Assembly (NCBI GenBank): GCA_903827975.1
Contig: CAIKKG010000005.1
Span: 372 to 64,371 of the forward strand
Reading direction: 5' to 3'
Source of the DNA: an uncultured bacterium
GTDB lineage: Bacteria; Patescibacteriota; Minisyncoccia; UBA6257; GWB1-50-10
DNA: 64,000 nucleotides
The notes below the pieces were generated by a model. The model made no database searches and was not told where the DNA came from. It saw only the letters and a list, made by a program, of their open reading frames with translations. The position numbers were made by a program, and so were the translations under genes. Positions 55,111 through 64,000 of the stretch are shown one piece after another. Position 1 is the first letter of the stretch, and every line of letters begins with the position of its first letter.

Positions 55111-56937
55111 ATGAATAAGAAAAAAAGTAAAAATCCATTTAGTAGTAAAAAATTGATAGGAACGCTTGGCGTTACCAGAAAGTTATTTGGCCTTTTGTGG
55201 CAGTGGGAGCCAAGTATAGTTATTCAGAGTTTTATTACATATTCGATACCGGCGATTTTACCTTTTATAAATGCTTATATTTATAAACTTATTATTGACC
55301 TTGTTATTGCTTCAGTTGGATCGGGCTTAGTTGATTACAAGCAATTAGCCATATATCTAATATTTCGTTTCATCTCACTTCTCGCTTTAGATGTTTCATA
55401 TACGTTCCAGGACATAATAGATAAAAAGCTATGGATTAGGTTTCCAGCAAAGTTTTACACGATGATTCTTTCTAAGATTTCCTCGTTGGAGCTTGAATAT
55501 TTTGAAGACCCTGAATTTCGTAATAAGCTTCAGAATTTGCGCGAGAGTTATATAACTAGGCCAATAAATACAATCTCATTTGTTTTTTACCTTTGGCAGT
55601 CATTTCTGCAGTTTTGTATTGCCATAGCCGCACTTTCTCTACTTAACTGGTGGATTCTATTTCCAATACTTCTAACGGCTGTGCCAATTTTTCTTACTCG
55701 TAAATCACACTCAGAGTTTGCTTGGGGAATCTGGAATGGAAACTCACCTTATCGTAAGAAGTTTTGGTATCTATCTGAACTTATACAGGGTGGCGAAGGT
55801 ATTAAGGAGATTAAAATTTTCCAACTCAGCAAGAAGTTTATTGGTGAGCTACACAGCATGTATGAGCGTTTTTTGAAGGAGAACGAGGTTGTTTTAAAGA
55901 AGTATCTAATTTCAAACAACCTACTAAATGTTTTCTCAAATATTGTATATGGTGGTATTGAGATATTCATTATTTATCTTGCAATATTAAAGACAATCAC
56001 TATTGGTAGCATCAGCTATTATACGAGCGTTATGAATAATCTGCAGAATGGTGTGAGTGGTATGCTGAGGAACGCTGCGCGGCTTTATGAAAATGCAATG
56101 TATATCGTTGACATGTTTGAGGTTCTAGAATCGCCAAGTAAAATCATTGTTCCAGAGAGTCCAACAAAAATTGATTATTTATCCGCACCAAAAATCGAAT
56201 TTAAAAATGTAACATTTAGTTATCCAAAGGCATCGAAAGCTTCGCTGGAAGATTTCTCAATGGTTATTGAACCAGGTGAAAAAATTGCTATTGTCGGAGA
56301 GAATGGTGCAGGTAAGACAACATTAATTAAGTTACTCGCGAGACTATATGATGTGTCTTCAGGAGAGATATTAATTAATGGTGTTAATGTAAGGGAACTT
56401 GATCTTGATAGGTGGCATGCTGCATTGGGAATACTGCTTCAAGACTTTATAAAATACGAATATTCGATTAAGGATAATATTTATTTTGGGAATACAGAAT
56501 TTAAAGAGGACATTGAGAAAATTAAAGAGGCGGCAAAGAATTCAGGCGCAGATTCTGTAGCGTCTAATTATAAAGATGGTTATGATCAGATGCTTGGAAA
56601 GACATTCGAAAATTCAGTTGAGCTTTCCGCTGGGCAGTGGCAGAAGGTTGCACTAGGGCGCGCATTTTTTAGAAATTCACCAATACTCATATTGGATGAG
56701 CCAACTGCTTCTGTAGATGCGAAAGCCGAGGCCGAGATTTTCGAGCATGTTGAGAGATTGGCTAAGAATAAGACTGTTATCATTATTTCGCACAGATTTT
56801 CAACTGTTAAAAATGCTGATAAAATATTTGTTATTAATGAAGGAAAGATAATTGAGGCGGGGGCACATAAGGAGCTAATTAAGAAAAAGGGGACATATGC
56901 AACTCTTTTCAACTTGCAGGCAAAGGCATATAAATAA
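55111..56937 (+). CDS. ABC exporter, fused permease/ATPase
   Basis: TM domain; GENGAGKTT, LSAGQWQK, LDEPT. Confidence 0.92.
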   Translation: MNKKKSKNPFSSKKLIGTLGVTRKLFGLLWQWEPSIVIQSFITYSIPAILPFINAYIYKLIIDLVIASVGSGLVDYKQLAIYLIFRFISLLALDVSYTFQDIIDKKLWIRFPAKFYTMILSKISSLELEYFEDPEFRNKLQNLRESYITRPINTISFVFYLWQSFLQFCIAIAALSLLNWWILFPILLTAVPIFLTRKSHSEFAWGIWNGNSPYRKKFWYLSELIQGGEGIKEIKIFQLSKKFIGELHSMYERFLKENEVVLKKYLISNNLLNVFSNIVYGGIEIFIIYLAILKTITIGSISYYTSVMNNLQNGVSGMLRNAARLYENAMYIVDMFEVLESPSKIIVPESPTKIDYLSAPKIEFKNVTFSYPKASKASLEDFSMVIEPGEKIAIVGENGAGKTTLIKLLARLYDVSSGEILINGVNVRELDLDRWHAALGILLQDFIKYEYSIKDNIYFGNTEFKEDIEKIKEAAKNSGADSVASNYKDGYDQMLGKTFENSVELSAGQWQKVALGRAFFRNSPILILDEPTASVDAKAEAEIFEHVERLAKNKTVIIISHRFSTVKNADKIFVINEGKIIEAGAHKELIKKKGTYATLFNLQAKAYK

Positions 56938-56957
56938 GCAATTATTAATTAAACATC

Positions 56958-57704
56958 ATGAAGCACCCATTAAGAACAAGAATTAAAAAAGACATCGTTT
57001 CTGAGTTTGTTCCTCCATCGGTTCGAACTTCTGATGTAATTATTTTATGTTCTGGAATGCCCGGATATCCCGCTCAGAGCGAACTTATGTTTTTGCTCGC
57101 AAAACTGGGGTACTGGGTTTTTCTACCTAGATATCGCGGAAGTTGGGAGAGTGGAGGCTCACTTCTTAAAATTTCACCACATGAAGATATACTTGATTTA
57201 ATAGATTCACTTTCTGATGGGTTTACGAGTATTTGGGATGGTAAGGTATATAAAATAAATAATCCAAAAGTTCGAATAATTGGTTCAAGTTTTGGAGGGC
57301 CAGCGGCAATTCTTGCCTCAACACATAAAAACGTTAAGAAGGTTGTTGCACTTTCTCCAGTTATCGATTGGCGTATTGAGTCTGAGACTGAGCCACTAAA
57401 CAAATTAAAAGATTTTACACTCGGGGCATTTGGTAATGGGTATCGCGTAAATATAAAAGATTGGAATAAACTAAAGTCAGGCTCATTTTACAATCCTATT
57501 TCTGTTGTCGGGTCTCTTAATAAAAAAAAGATTTATGTAATACACGCAAAAGATGATGATGTCGTGTATCCAAGCGGTTCAATATTATTTGCAGAGAAGC
57601 TTGGGTGTTCATTTACGTTGCTAAAGAGTGGTGGGCATCTTTCTCTTTCAGATATATGGAGAAATGCTTCTATGAGAAAAAAAGTTCTAGAATTTTTGGG
57701 TTAA
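56958..57704 (+). CDS. Alpha/beta hydrolase
   Basis: YRGSWES, GSSFGG, DDVV, GGH. Confidence 0.85.
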   Translation: MKHPLRTRIKKDIVSEFVPPSVRTSDVIILCSGMPGYPAQSELMFLLAKLGYWVFLPRYRGSWESGGSLLKISPHEDILDLIDSLSDGFTSIWDGKVYKINNPKVRIIGSSFGGPAAILASTHKNVKKVVALSPVIDWRIESETEPLNKLKDFTLGAFGNGYRVNIKDWNKLKSGSFYNPISVVGSLNKKKIYVIHAKDDDVVYPSGSILFAEKLGCSFTLLKSGGHLSLSDIWRNASMRKKVLEFLG

Positions 57705-57728
57705 TATATTTGGTGCTATACTTTACTT

Positions 57729-58148
57729 ATGTGGCTTTTATATGCATTTTTATCTGCGCTTACAGCATCGCTTGTTGCGATTTTTGGTAAGTTGGGCCTT
57801 AAGGGGATTGACCCCACGCTAGCTACTACAATTCGCTCAATAATAATGGCTGGGTTTCTTGTATTAACCAGTTTATTCCTGAAAAAATTTAATGGGTTTT
57901 CATTTGATTCATTCAGCTCAAGGGACTGGACACTTATTATTTTGTCCGGCATTGCGGGCGCACTCTCGTGGTTATTTTATTTTTTTGCACTTAGATCGGC
58001 AGACGCTTCAAAAGTTGTTGCTGTAGATAGGATGAGTATAGTTTTTGTTGTTCTCCTAGCGGCAATATTTTTAGGGGAGACGCTTGGGTGGAAATCTGTA
58101 CTAGGAGCACTTTTAATGGTTGCCGGGGCGATAATGATCTCGCTTTAA
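57729..58148 (+). CDS. EamA family transporter (single domain)
   Basis: AIFGKLGL...LATTIRS...SWLFYF..L...VDRMS. Confidence 0.9.
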   Translation: MWLLYAFLSALTASLVAIFGKLGLKGIDPTLATTIRSIIMAGFLVLTSLFLKKFNGFSFDSFSSRDWTLIILSGIAGALSWLFYFFALRSADASKVVAVDRMSIVFVVLLAAIFLGETLGWKSVLGALLMVAGAIMISL

Positions 58149-58190
58149 AAATTTACTAATTACGCGTTTTTAATTATATTTTCTAAATAT

Positions 58191-59201
58191 ATGGGAATTG
58201 AACAAATACCACTATCTCAAGCAAAGTTACCAGAAAAGGATTTTAGATTTGAGGAGAAATTTAAAGAACGTGAAGTTATTAAATTGCCAGGTGGCGATAT
58301 TAAGGTTTTAGACGTATCACCAGAGCATCTTCTACATGAAAATCCGACACTTCTTATTCCAGGATATAGTGACAATGCTCCAGAAAGTAGGAAGGCAAAT
58401 ATAAGTACTTTATATGAAGAGGGGCGAAGGGCACTTATGGTGGAGAGCGCAAGTGGTGCCGATGTAGAAATTTCGGACCCTAAAGTAAATGAATTTTCCG
58501 ATTCGCTTCTTCGCCAAGTAGCCGCTATTGAGCCAGTATTAGAGCAAAAAAATATTAAGGTTGATGCTATTGGTGAATCGCGTGGTGGCGTTGTAGTACT
58601 TTTGGCTGCATATCTATATCCTGAAAAATTTAATAATATCGTTCTTATTGACCCCGCTGGAATGGTTGAATCTATGAATGCTGCAAAGCTTACCATGAGA
58701 TTTATTATGACTGGGATAGCCGAGGGTAGAATTTTTGCAAAGCGTGAAAAAATGGGTGATGTTTCAGCAATGGCTAAAGAGCAGGTTGTGTGGGGAACCG
58801 CAAATTTTGTGAAATGGGTTGCGAGCAACCCAATGAAAAGAGTTGAAGAAATAAAAGACCTATCTCACGTAGAGGTGGCACATTTGTTATCAGAAATTAA
58901 AGCACTGGGAATTGGAATTTCAATTATACACGGTGTTAATGATAAGGTTTTTCCAATGGAGGACATGCAAGCAAGTATAACGAATGAAATAAATAAAGTT
59001 AGAGAAAAAATGAAAAATGAAGGAGCTCATGAGGATGAAATTGCTAATGCCTATAAAAAGGTTGTTGATGGGTTTTATTCTGTTAGGGGTGGGCATGGTG
59101 ATTTTAATACAAACCCTGAAAAATATACCTGGTTAGCATCTAATGCGCTTACCGCATTAGAAGAGAAGAAGAAAAACAAAAAAGCTGATAAACCGCAATA
59201 A
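58191..59201 (+). CDS. Alpha/beta hydrolase
   Basis: IPG, GESRGG, HGVNDKVF, GGH. Confidence 0.8.
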   Translation: MGIEQIPLSQAKLPEKDFRFEEKFKEREVIKLPGGDIKVLDVSPEHLLHENPTLLIPGYSDNAPESRKANISTLYEEGRRALMVESASGADVEISDPKVNEFSDSLLRQVAAIEPVLEQKNIKVDAIGESRGGVVVLLAAYLYPEKFNNIVLIDPAGMVESMNAAKLTMRFIMTGIAEGRIFAKREKMGDVSAMAKEQVVWGTANFVKWVASNPMKRVEEIKDLSHVEVAHLLSEIKALGIGISIIHGVNDKVFPMEDMQASITNEINKVREKMKNEGAHEDEIANAYKKVVDGFYSVRGGHGDFNTNPEKYTWLASNALTALEEKKKNKKADKPQ

Positions 59202-59202
59202 A

Positions 59203-59233
59203 TAAAACCCCCTAATTTCGCGAGGGGGTTTTA
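59203..59233. terminator. Bidirectional terminator
   Basis: TAAAACCCCCT...AGGGGGTTTTA between convergent genes. Confidence 0.8.
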
Positions 59234-59237
59234 AGTA

Positions 59238-60257
59238 TTACCAACTAGCTTCTTCTAGGAATTTCAGCGTCTTCTCATTCGTAAGCATCTCTTCTATGTA
59301 ACTCCTAAATGCTTCTGGGTTTGTGTCTGTGTAGTGGGTTGCTGCATGTTCCACTTCTTTTTCTACTTCTTTTTCGTCTGCTTTTATACCTTCTTTTGTT
59401 GCAATTGCTTTCAATATGAATTTTGTTTTGAATTGGCGCTCAATCGCTTCTTTCCTTTCCTTCATATATTCCTCCTCAGTTTTCTTTATTAGTTTAAAGT
59501 AATCCTCCTCACTCATCTTCCTTTTCTCAAGCTCGCGGTGTAGTCTTCCGTGTGCGGCATACATCTCATCTTCAACAAGAAGTGATGGAAGTTTAATTTT
59601 TGATTCATCTGCGAGCTTTTTCGCAAGCTCCTCATATCGCATGCGAGCTGATTCCATTTCTTTCTCGGCTTTAATATTTGTTTTTAGTTTTTCCTTGAAA
59701 TCAACAACATTTTCAAATTTACCAATTGTTTTTACAAAATCATCAGTTAGTTCAGGCAATTTACCATCCTCGCCTTGGCGCATTGTTAATAACTGCTTAA
59801 TTATTTCTTCCACCTCTTCGTCGGTTGCCTCGGCTTGTTTTTTTGTATCTTTTACAGCTTTAGCAATTTTCTTGTAATTCGGAAGATCCACTTCTGGCTC
59901 AACCGCTATACTAATTTTAAATTCGAGTGGGCTACCAAGCGCAAGTTTTACAAATGTTACGCGTGGTGAGCTTATCGGTACAATATGATTATCATCAAGT
60001 ATTGCTGGATAGGCGATACTAAGGGCTTCCTCAGCTGCATCCTCAAGAACATGATTCATGTCTAATTGCTTAAGAACCATTTCTTCTGGGGCATTTCCTT
60101 TGCGGAATCCGGGTATCTCAGCCTCCTGTTTTACCTCATCAAGAACTTCTTGTCGGTGAAATTCAATTATATTTGTAGGAATTTCTCCTTCAATTTCAAT
60201 AACACTGTCTTTTGGCTTTCCGACTTTGAGATTTGTATAGAGTTTTTTGTCTTCCAT
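59238..60257 (-). CDS. tig: Trigger factor lacking the FKBP PPIase domain
   Basis: IPGFRKGNAP ribosome-binding loop; N domain joined directly to LPELTDDF. Confidence 0.9.
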   Translation of the reverse strand: MEDKKLYTNLKVGKPKDSVIEIEGEIPTNIIEFHRQEVLDEVKQEAEIPGFRKGNAPEEMVLKQLDMNHVLEDAAEEALSIAYPAILDDNHIVPISSPRVTFVKLALGSPLEFKISIAVEPEVDLPNYKKIAKAVKDTKKQAEATDEEVEEIIKQLLTMRQGEDGKLPELTDDFVKTIGKFENVVDFKEKLKTNIKAEKEMESARMRYEELAKKLADESKIKLPSLLVEDEMYAAHGRLHRELEKRKMSEEDYFKLIKKTEEEYMKERKEAIERQFKTKFILKAIATKEGIKADEKEVEKEVEHAATHYTDTNPEAFRSYIEEMLTNEKTLKFLEEASW

Positions 60258-60328
60258 AAGTCAATAGATTACTACACGAAACGCGTATCGGCAAGTATAA
60301 AAAAATCGTCTATAATTAGATTCATTAT

Positions 60329-61525
60329 ATGCAGATTAATAGGACACAATTTAGTTTTTTTGGAAGGCGGGAGGTAAAGGCACTTTATGGAACACTAGCT
60401 CTCATTACGTTTGGAGAGGGTCTTATTAATATATTCGTGCCTATTTTCTTATGGAAAATGGGGTTCGCAATTTGGCAGATTCTATTTTTTTACTTTCTGC
60501 ATTCTGTTTATTTTGTTATATTAACATTCGCTACACTACCAATTCTTGATAGGATGAGTGACAAAATGATGATGTTCCTTAGTGTGCCACTCATGATTCT
60601 TTATTTTTTTGGCTTGAATTACATAGCGGAGATTCCGTATTTATTTCTAATACTCCCACTTATACTTGCCCTGAATACGTTGTTTTTTGATGTTGGATAT
60701 AACCTCGATTTTTCACAAACCGTTGATGATAAGAAGATTGGTCGTGAGATTGGAACAAGAAATACGATTTCAGCACTTGTACATTTCAGCGCACCATTTA
60801 TAGGAGGGGCGCTCATCGTTTTTTACGGTTTTTCAGTAACTTTTTTTATAGCATCATTAATTCTTTTTGGTGCCGTTGTTCCCTTGTTCTTTTTCCCGCA
60901 TCGCCACCTAGCAACAAATCTAAAGAGAGGGCAGATTTTAAGATTCCTTTTTGGGCGCGGTATTCAGAATTTTAATATTTCTGGTATCGGATATTCCACA
61001 GAGTTGATAATAGGAGGCCTACTTTGGCCAATGTTTATATTTTTCGCAGTTAATAACATAGAATCTTTAGGCGGTATAATTTCAGTCGGCTTATTTGCCT
61101 CAGCTATTACAACATATTTTGTTGGCCTTCTCTCGGATTCTGGGGACAGAAGAAAAATATTAAGCATAACCACAATTCTTTTCGCGACTATCTGGGCAAC
61201 AAGAATTTTTACAACAAGTCCTAACGCAATTATTATTTCAAATGTTATTGGGAATATTATTGCCGCCGCACTGATGGTCGCTTGGTCTAGTCAGTTTTAT
61301 AAAATTGCTAAGGCTGTTACACACCCAAGTCTATTTATTTTAAGTCGCGAGGTCCTTTATTTTTTGTCGCGAATCGTGTTTTTACCAATATTAATGGTTC
61401 TATCATGTGTCCTAACAATACAGAATTTTTTCATGGTAAGCTTCGGTCTGGCCGCACTTCTTCAGCTCCTATTTCTTTTTGCAAACAGGTTCCATCTTAA
61501 TGACCTTACTGCAATGAATGAATAG
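60329..61525 (+). CDS. MFS transporter
   Basis: ~12 TM helices, APFIGG, GLLSDSGDRR. Confidence 0.85.
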   Translation: MQINRTQFSFFGRREVKALYGTLALITFGEGLINIFVPIFLWKMGFAIWQILFFYFLHSVYFVILTFATLPILDRMSDKMMMFLSVPLMILYFFGLNYIAEIPYLFLILPLILALNTLFFDVGYNLDFSQTVDDKKIGREIGTRNTISALVHFSAPFIGGALIVFYGFSVTFFIASLILFGAVVPLFFFPHRHLATNLKRGQILRFLFGRGIQNFNISGIGYSTELIIGGLLWPMFIFFAVNNIESLGGIISVGLFASAITTYFVGLLSDSGDRRKILSITTILFATIWATRIFTTSPNAIIISNVIGNIIAAALMVAWSSQFYKIAKAVTHPSLFILSREVLYFLSRIVFLPILMVLSCVLTIQNFFMVSFGLAALLQLLFLFANRFHLNDLTAMNE

Positions 61526-61552
61526 TGGTAGACTTTTTAAACAATTATTTTT

Positions 61553-62875
61553 ATGACAGCTAAAAAAACACAGGATTTGTTTTCAGAATTTGAGCCGGAG
61601 CGCGAGATTAAAGAGGAGCTTGAAAAAGTTTTCTCAGTTTCAGAATTCGTTGATTTTTTAAATGAATATCTTAAGCCAGCAAAGGTTATTGTTCATGGTG
61701 AGATAGGCGAGAAGATGAGCACATACCCTGGGTTCACCTTTCTTAATTTGTTAGATACAGAGGACAAGTCATCTGTTCAATGTTTTGTTACTAGCGATGT
61801 GCTGAGAGCTCTCGGCATTAGTCTTCAGCCTGGAATGGCAGTTAAGATTCACGGATATCCATCAGTCTTCAAGAAGAATGGAGGATTAAATCTAAGGGTT
61901 ATGCGTATTGAGCTTGTTGGTGAGGGAATGCTAAAGAAACAGTTTGAAATTCTAAAAAAGAAACTTGGTGATCTTGGGTTATTTGATATAAAAAGGAAGA
62001 GGGTATTACCGCAATTTACAGAGAGTGTGGGTTTGATTACTTCAAAATTTGGTAGGGGTGCGCTAAAAGATTTTGTAACTAATTTAGATAATTTTAATAT
62101 TTCACTTTTTTTGTATCCTGTTAAGGTTGAGGGTGCTTCTGCTGTTGGTGAGATTACGGATGCAATCAAATGGCTTAATGAAAATAAACCTGAGCTGAGT
62201 ATAATTGTTCTTGCTCGCGGCGGAGGAAGCTGGGAGAGCTTACAGGCTTTTAATAGTGAGGATGTTGTTCGTGCAATTGCTGCATCAAAAATTCCAGTTC
62301 TTACCGGAATTGGTCATGAGGATGATGTAACACTAGCTGATCTTGTTGCAGATTTTCGTGCTTCAACCCCGACACATGCTGCAAAAGTTCTAAGTGATCC
62401 GTGGGTACTCGCAAGAGAAAATGTTTTACAGTCTGAAAGAGCTATTGCAATGGCAATGCGTACGAGTCTTCGTACTGCTCTAGAGTCATTGAAGAGTGCC
62501 GAGTCATCAATAACAACACTTGTAAGTAAGCAGATATCTGAGCCTAAGCGCTCACTAGACACTAAACTAAGATTCATTTCTGCAAGATTTCAGGAATTTC
62601 CAAAACAGTTCTCCTTACAGGAGAAAAACTTTTTCGATAATTCTCAAAAGTGGCTCATACATCTTAAACGAATTCTTTTTCAGCATGAAGAAAAACTCGG
62701 GCTTTCAAGTCCTCTTTTCAAATTGCGACAAGGGTATACAATTACCACAACAGAGTCGGGTGAAGTTGTTAAGGATTTAGAAAAGTTGAAGAAATCAGAT
62801 ATAATCACAACTAGATTTACTAAAGGCAGGATAACGTCGAAAATAGAAGAAATAAAAATTCAAAACAATGGCTGA
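61553..62875 (+). CDS. xseA: Exodeoxyribonuclease VII large subunit
   Basis: SVSE, LARGGGSWESL..FN, GIGHEDD, TPT, LRQGY. Confidence 0.95.
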   Translation: MTAKKTQDLFSEFEPEREIKEELEKVFSVSEFVDFLNEYLKPAKVIVHGEIGEKMSTYPGFTFLNLLDTEDKSSVQCFVTSDVLRALGISLQPGMAVKIHGYPSVFKKNGGLNLRVMRIELVGEGMLKKQFEILKKKLGDLGLFDIKRKRVLPQFTESVGLITSKFGRGALKDFVTNLDNFNISLFLYPVKVEGASAVGEITDAIKWLNENKPELSIIVLARGGGSWESLQAFNSEDVVRAIAASKIPVLTGIGHEDDVTLADLVADFRASTPTHAAKVLSDPWVLARENVLQSERAIAMAMRTSLRTALESLKSAESSITTLVSKQISEPKRSLDTKLRFISARFQEFPKQFSLQEKNFFDNSQKWLIHLKRILFQHEEKLGLSSPLFKLRQGYTITTTESGEVVKDLEKLKKSDIITTRFTKGRITSKIEEIKIQNNG

Positions 62876-63077
62876 TAAAAAAATTAATTTCACAGAGAGT
62901 TATAAGGAGCTTGAGAAGATAAATGAATGGTTTCAGAGCGAGAATATAAACTTAGATGAGGCACTAGAAAAATATGAGAGAGGTTTAGACCTTATTAAGA
63001 AGTGTAAGGAGCGATTGAAAGAAGCTGAGAATAAGTTCGAGGAAATAAAAAGCAAGTATGCAAGTGGTGATGAGTAG
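62868..63077 (+). CDS. xseB: Exodeoxyribonuclease VII small subunit
   Basis: FTESYKELEKI...LDEALEKYERG..L...C...L. Confidence 0.93.
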   Translation: MADKKINFTESYKELEKINEWFQSENINLDEALEKYERGLDLIKKCKERLKEAENKFEEIKSKYASGDE

Positions 63078-63146
63078 AATATTTTAGATAAATATTTATT
63101 CACAGGCTTGTGCTGACATATTAATTTTATTTGATATAATTTTCAC

Positions 63147-63320
63147 ATGATTCATTACGTATGTTTGGGGGATTGCGGTAGCGTGATAGATGAGTTTGGT
63201 CTATGTGAGTCCTCAGATTGTTCACAAAACGGCCTTCCTCTTGAAAAATGTAAGTGTTCAGATGGTCTTCATAGCTCGCTTTTCGATGATTTAGGTGAGG
63301 AAACAGACAATAACATGTAG
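63147..63320 (+). CDS. 57-aa Cys-rich small protein (below ORF-track cutoff)
   Basis: MIHYVCLGDCGSVIDEFGLCESSDCSQNGLPLEKCKCSDGLH...; TATAAT 6 nt before ATG. Confidence 0.75.
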   Translation: MIHYVCLGDCGSVIDEFGLCESSDCSQNGLPLEKCKCSDGLHSSLFDDLGEETDNNM

Positions 63321-63380
63321 ACTGTCTAAGTTTGGTTTGTTGGGGGTTGCTTTTTTTCTACGATATGGTATAAATACAGC

Positions 63381-63474
63381 GTCAGTAGGTTTCTCAGTTG
63401 GGGTAATCCTTTTGCCACGTTAAGTGTGTAAGGAGCCAAGTGAGTGGTCGCCCTACGAAGCAAAATACACACAA
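63381..63474 (+). ncRNA. Structured 5' leader of the RRM gene
   Basis: Nested stems GTAGG/CCTAC, CTCA/TGAG, TTGG/CCAA, CCTT/AAGG, CAC/GTG after extended -10 TGGTATAAA. Confidence 0.55.
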
Positions 63475-63771
63475 ATGGCAAAGAGATTATATATTGGAGG
63501 TTTGCCGTACTCTTCCACAGATGCTGACATGAAAGCAGCATTTGAGAAGGTGGGACCGGTTACGTCTGCAACGATCATCATCGATAAGATGACAGGTCGC
63601 TCACGCGGATTCGGTTTCGTCGAAATGGAAAACGAGGCAGATATTTCAAAGGCTATCGAGATGTGGAACGGAAAAGATTTTGACGGTCGCACGCTTACGG
63701 TAAACGAGGCGCGCCCGATGGAGTCACGTCCTGCACGCGGTGGTTTCGGAGGAGGAAGGAGAGACTACTAA
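63475..63771 (+). CDS. RRM RNA-binding protein with Gly/Arg-rich tail
   Basis: LYIGGL (RNP2), RGFGFVEM (RNP1), VNEARP; start moved to ATG 63475. Confidence 0.95.
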   Translation: MAKRLYIGGLPYSSTDADMKAAFEKVGPVTSATIIIDKMTGRSRGFGFVEMENEADISKAIEMWNGKDFDGRTLTVNEARPMESRPARGGFGGGRRDY

Positions 63772-63792
63772 ATTTCTCAATCTAACTTGGAC

Positions 63793-63818
63793 AAAAATCC
63801 CCTTAACGGGGATTTTTG
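63793..63818 (+). terminator. Intrinsic terminator
   Basis: AAAAATCCCC-TTAAC-GGGGATTTTT. Confidence 0.8.
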
Positions 63819-63879
63819 ATTTTATGTCATTAAATTAAATTAGTGCCGAGCAGTTAAAACGGTGGTATTATTTATATAT

Positions 63880-64000
63880 ATGTATAGTCCACCAAGAGTG
63901 CAAAATATGTTTAATCCAGACTCAACACAGCCATTTAAGTTGAGTCGCAGTAAGATAGAAAATTTTATTAGATGTGAGAGATGCTTTTATTTGGATCGTA
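63880..64000 (+). CDS. PD-(D/E)xK (RecB/Cas4-like) nuclease, 3'-partial
   Basis: MYSPP...FKLSRSKIENFIRCERCFYLDR is typical of this family's N-terminus. Confidence 0.65.
   Translation, partial: MYSPPRVQNMFNPDSTQPFKLSRSKIENFIRCERCFYLDR

Noticed and set aside
63381-63474. SRP RNA or 6S RNA
   Set aside because: Lacks the SRP helix-8 consensus, is too short for 6S, and has no terminator before the RRM start.
1-64000. CRISPR array or cas operon
   Set aside because: No regularly spaced repeat-spacer series. The 44.3 kb repeat is in-frame and lacks spacers, and the Cas4-like nuclease domains have no cas neighbours.
1-64000. Many short antisense or alternate-frame ORFs in the track (e.g. 3906..4427, 10692..11312, 58217..58828)
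   Set aside because: They are shadows of well-supported genes and have no recognisable motifs.
1-64000. Alternative genetic code (TGA recoding, as in Gracilibacteria)
   Set aside because: Conserved genes are full length in code 11, and TGA is used as a stop in ATGA overlaps.

Overview
AT-rich bacterial chromosome segment in genetic code 11. Gene content and order point to a Patescibacteria/CPR (Parcubacteria-like) genome: pilM-like, pth, lepB, hisS-like, HIT, rpsU, yqeY, ybeY, ftsA, ftsZ, nrdJ; later typA, hpf, MacAB-like ABC, eno, nth, gpsA, dinB, a trigger factor lacking FKBP, xseAB and an RRM protein. Many genes look leaderless. Divergent tRNA-Lys(TTT) and tRNA-Asn(GTT) genes lie at 14.5-14.8 kb. 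A ~9.4 kb element is integrated in the 3' end of tRNA-Asn, bounded by an 18-bp direct repeat (14754-14771 / 24181-24198). It carries a large serine recombinase, small DNA-binding proteins, a ~300-nt structured non-coding segment, a composite restriction-modification operon, a HEPN-like gene and a lone terminase-small-subunit-like gene, but no capsid, tail, large terminase or recognisable replicase. The best hypothesis is a phage-satellite-like defence island. Its right junction contains repeated modules of tRNA 3' fragment, hairpin and antisense T-arm; tRNA-Lys has a similar trailer. An accessory stretch (24-45 kb) holds membrane, redox and metal genes, including a P1B ATPase with a non-canonical CADD motif. 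All calls come from reading motifs by eye; no database search or folding program was run.
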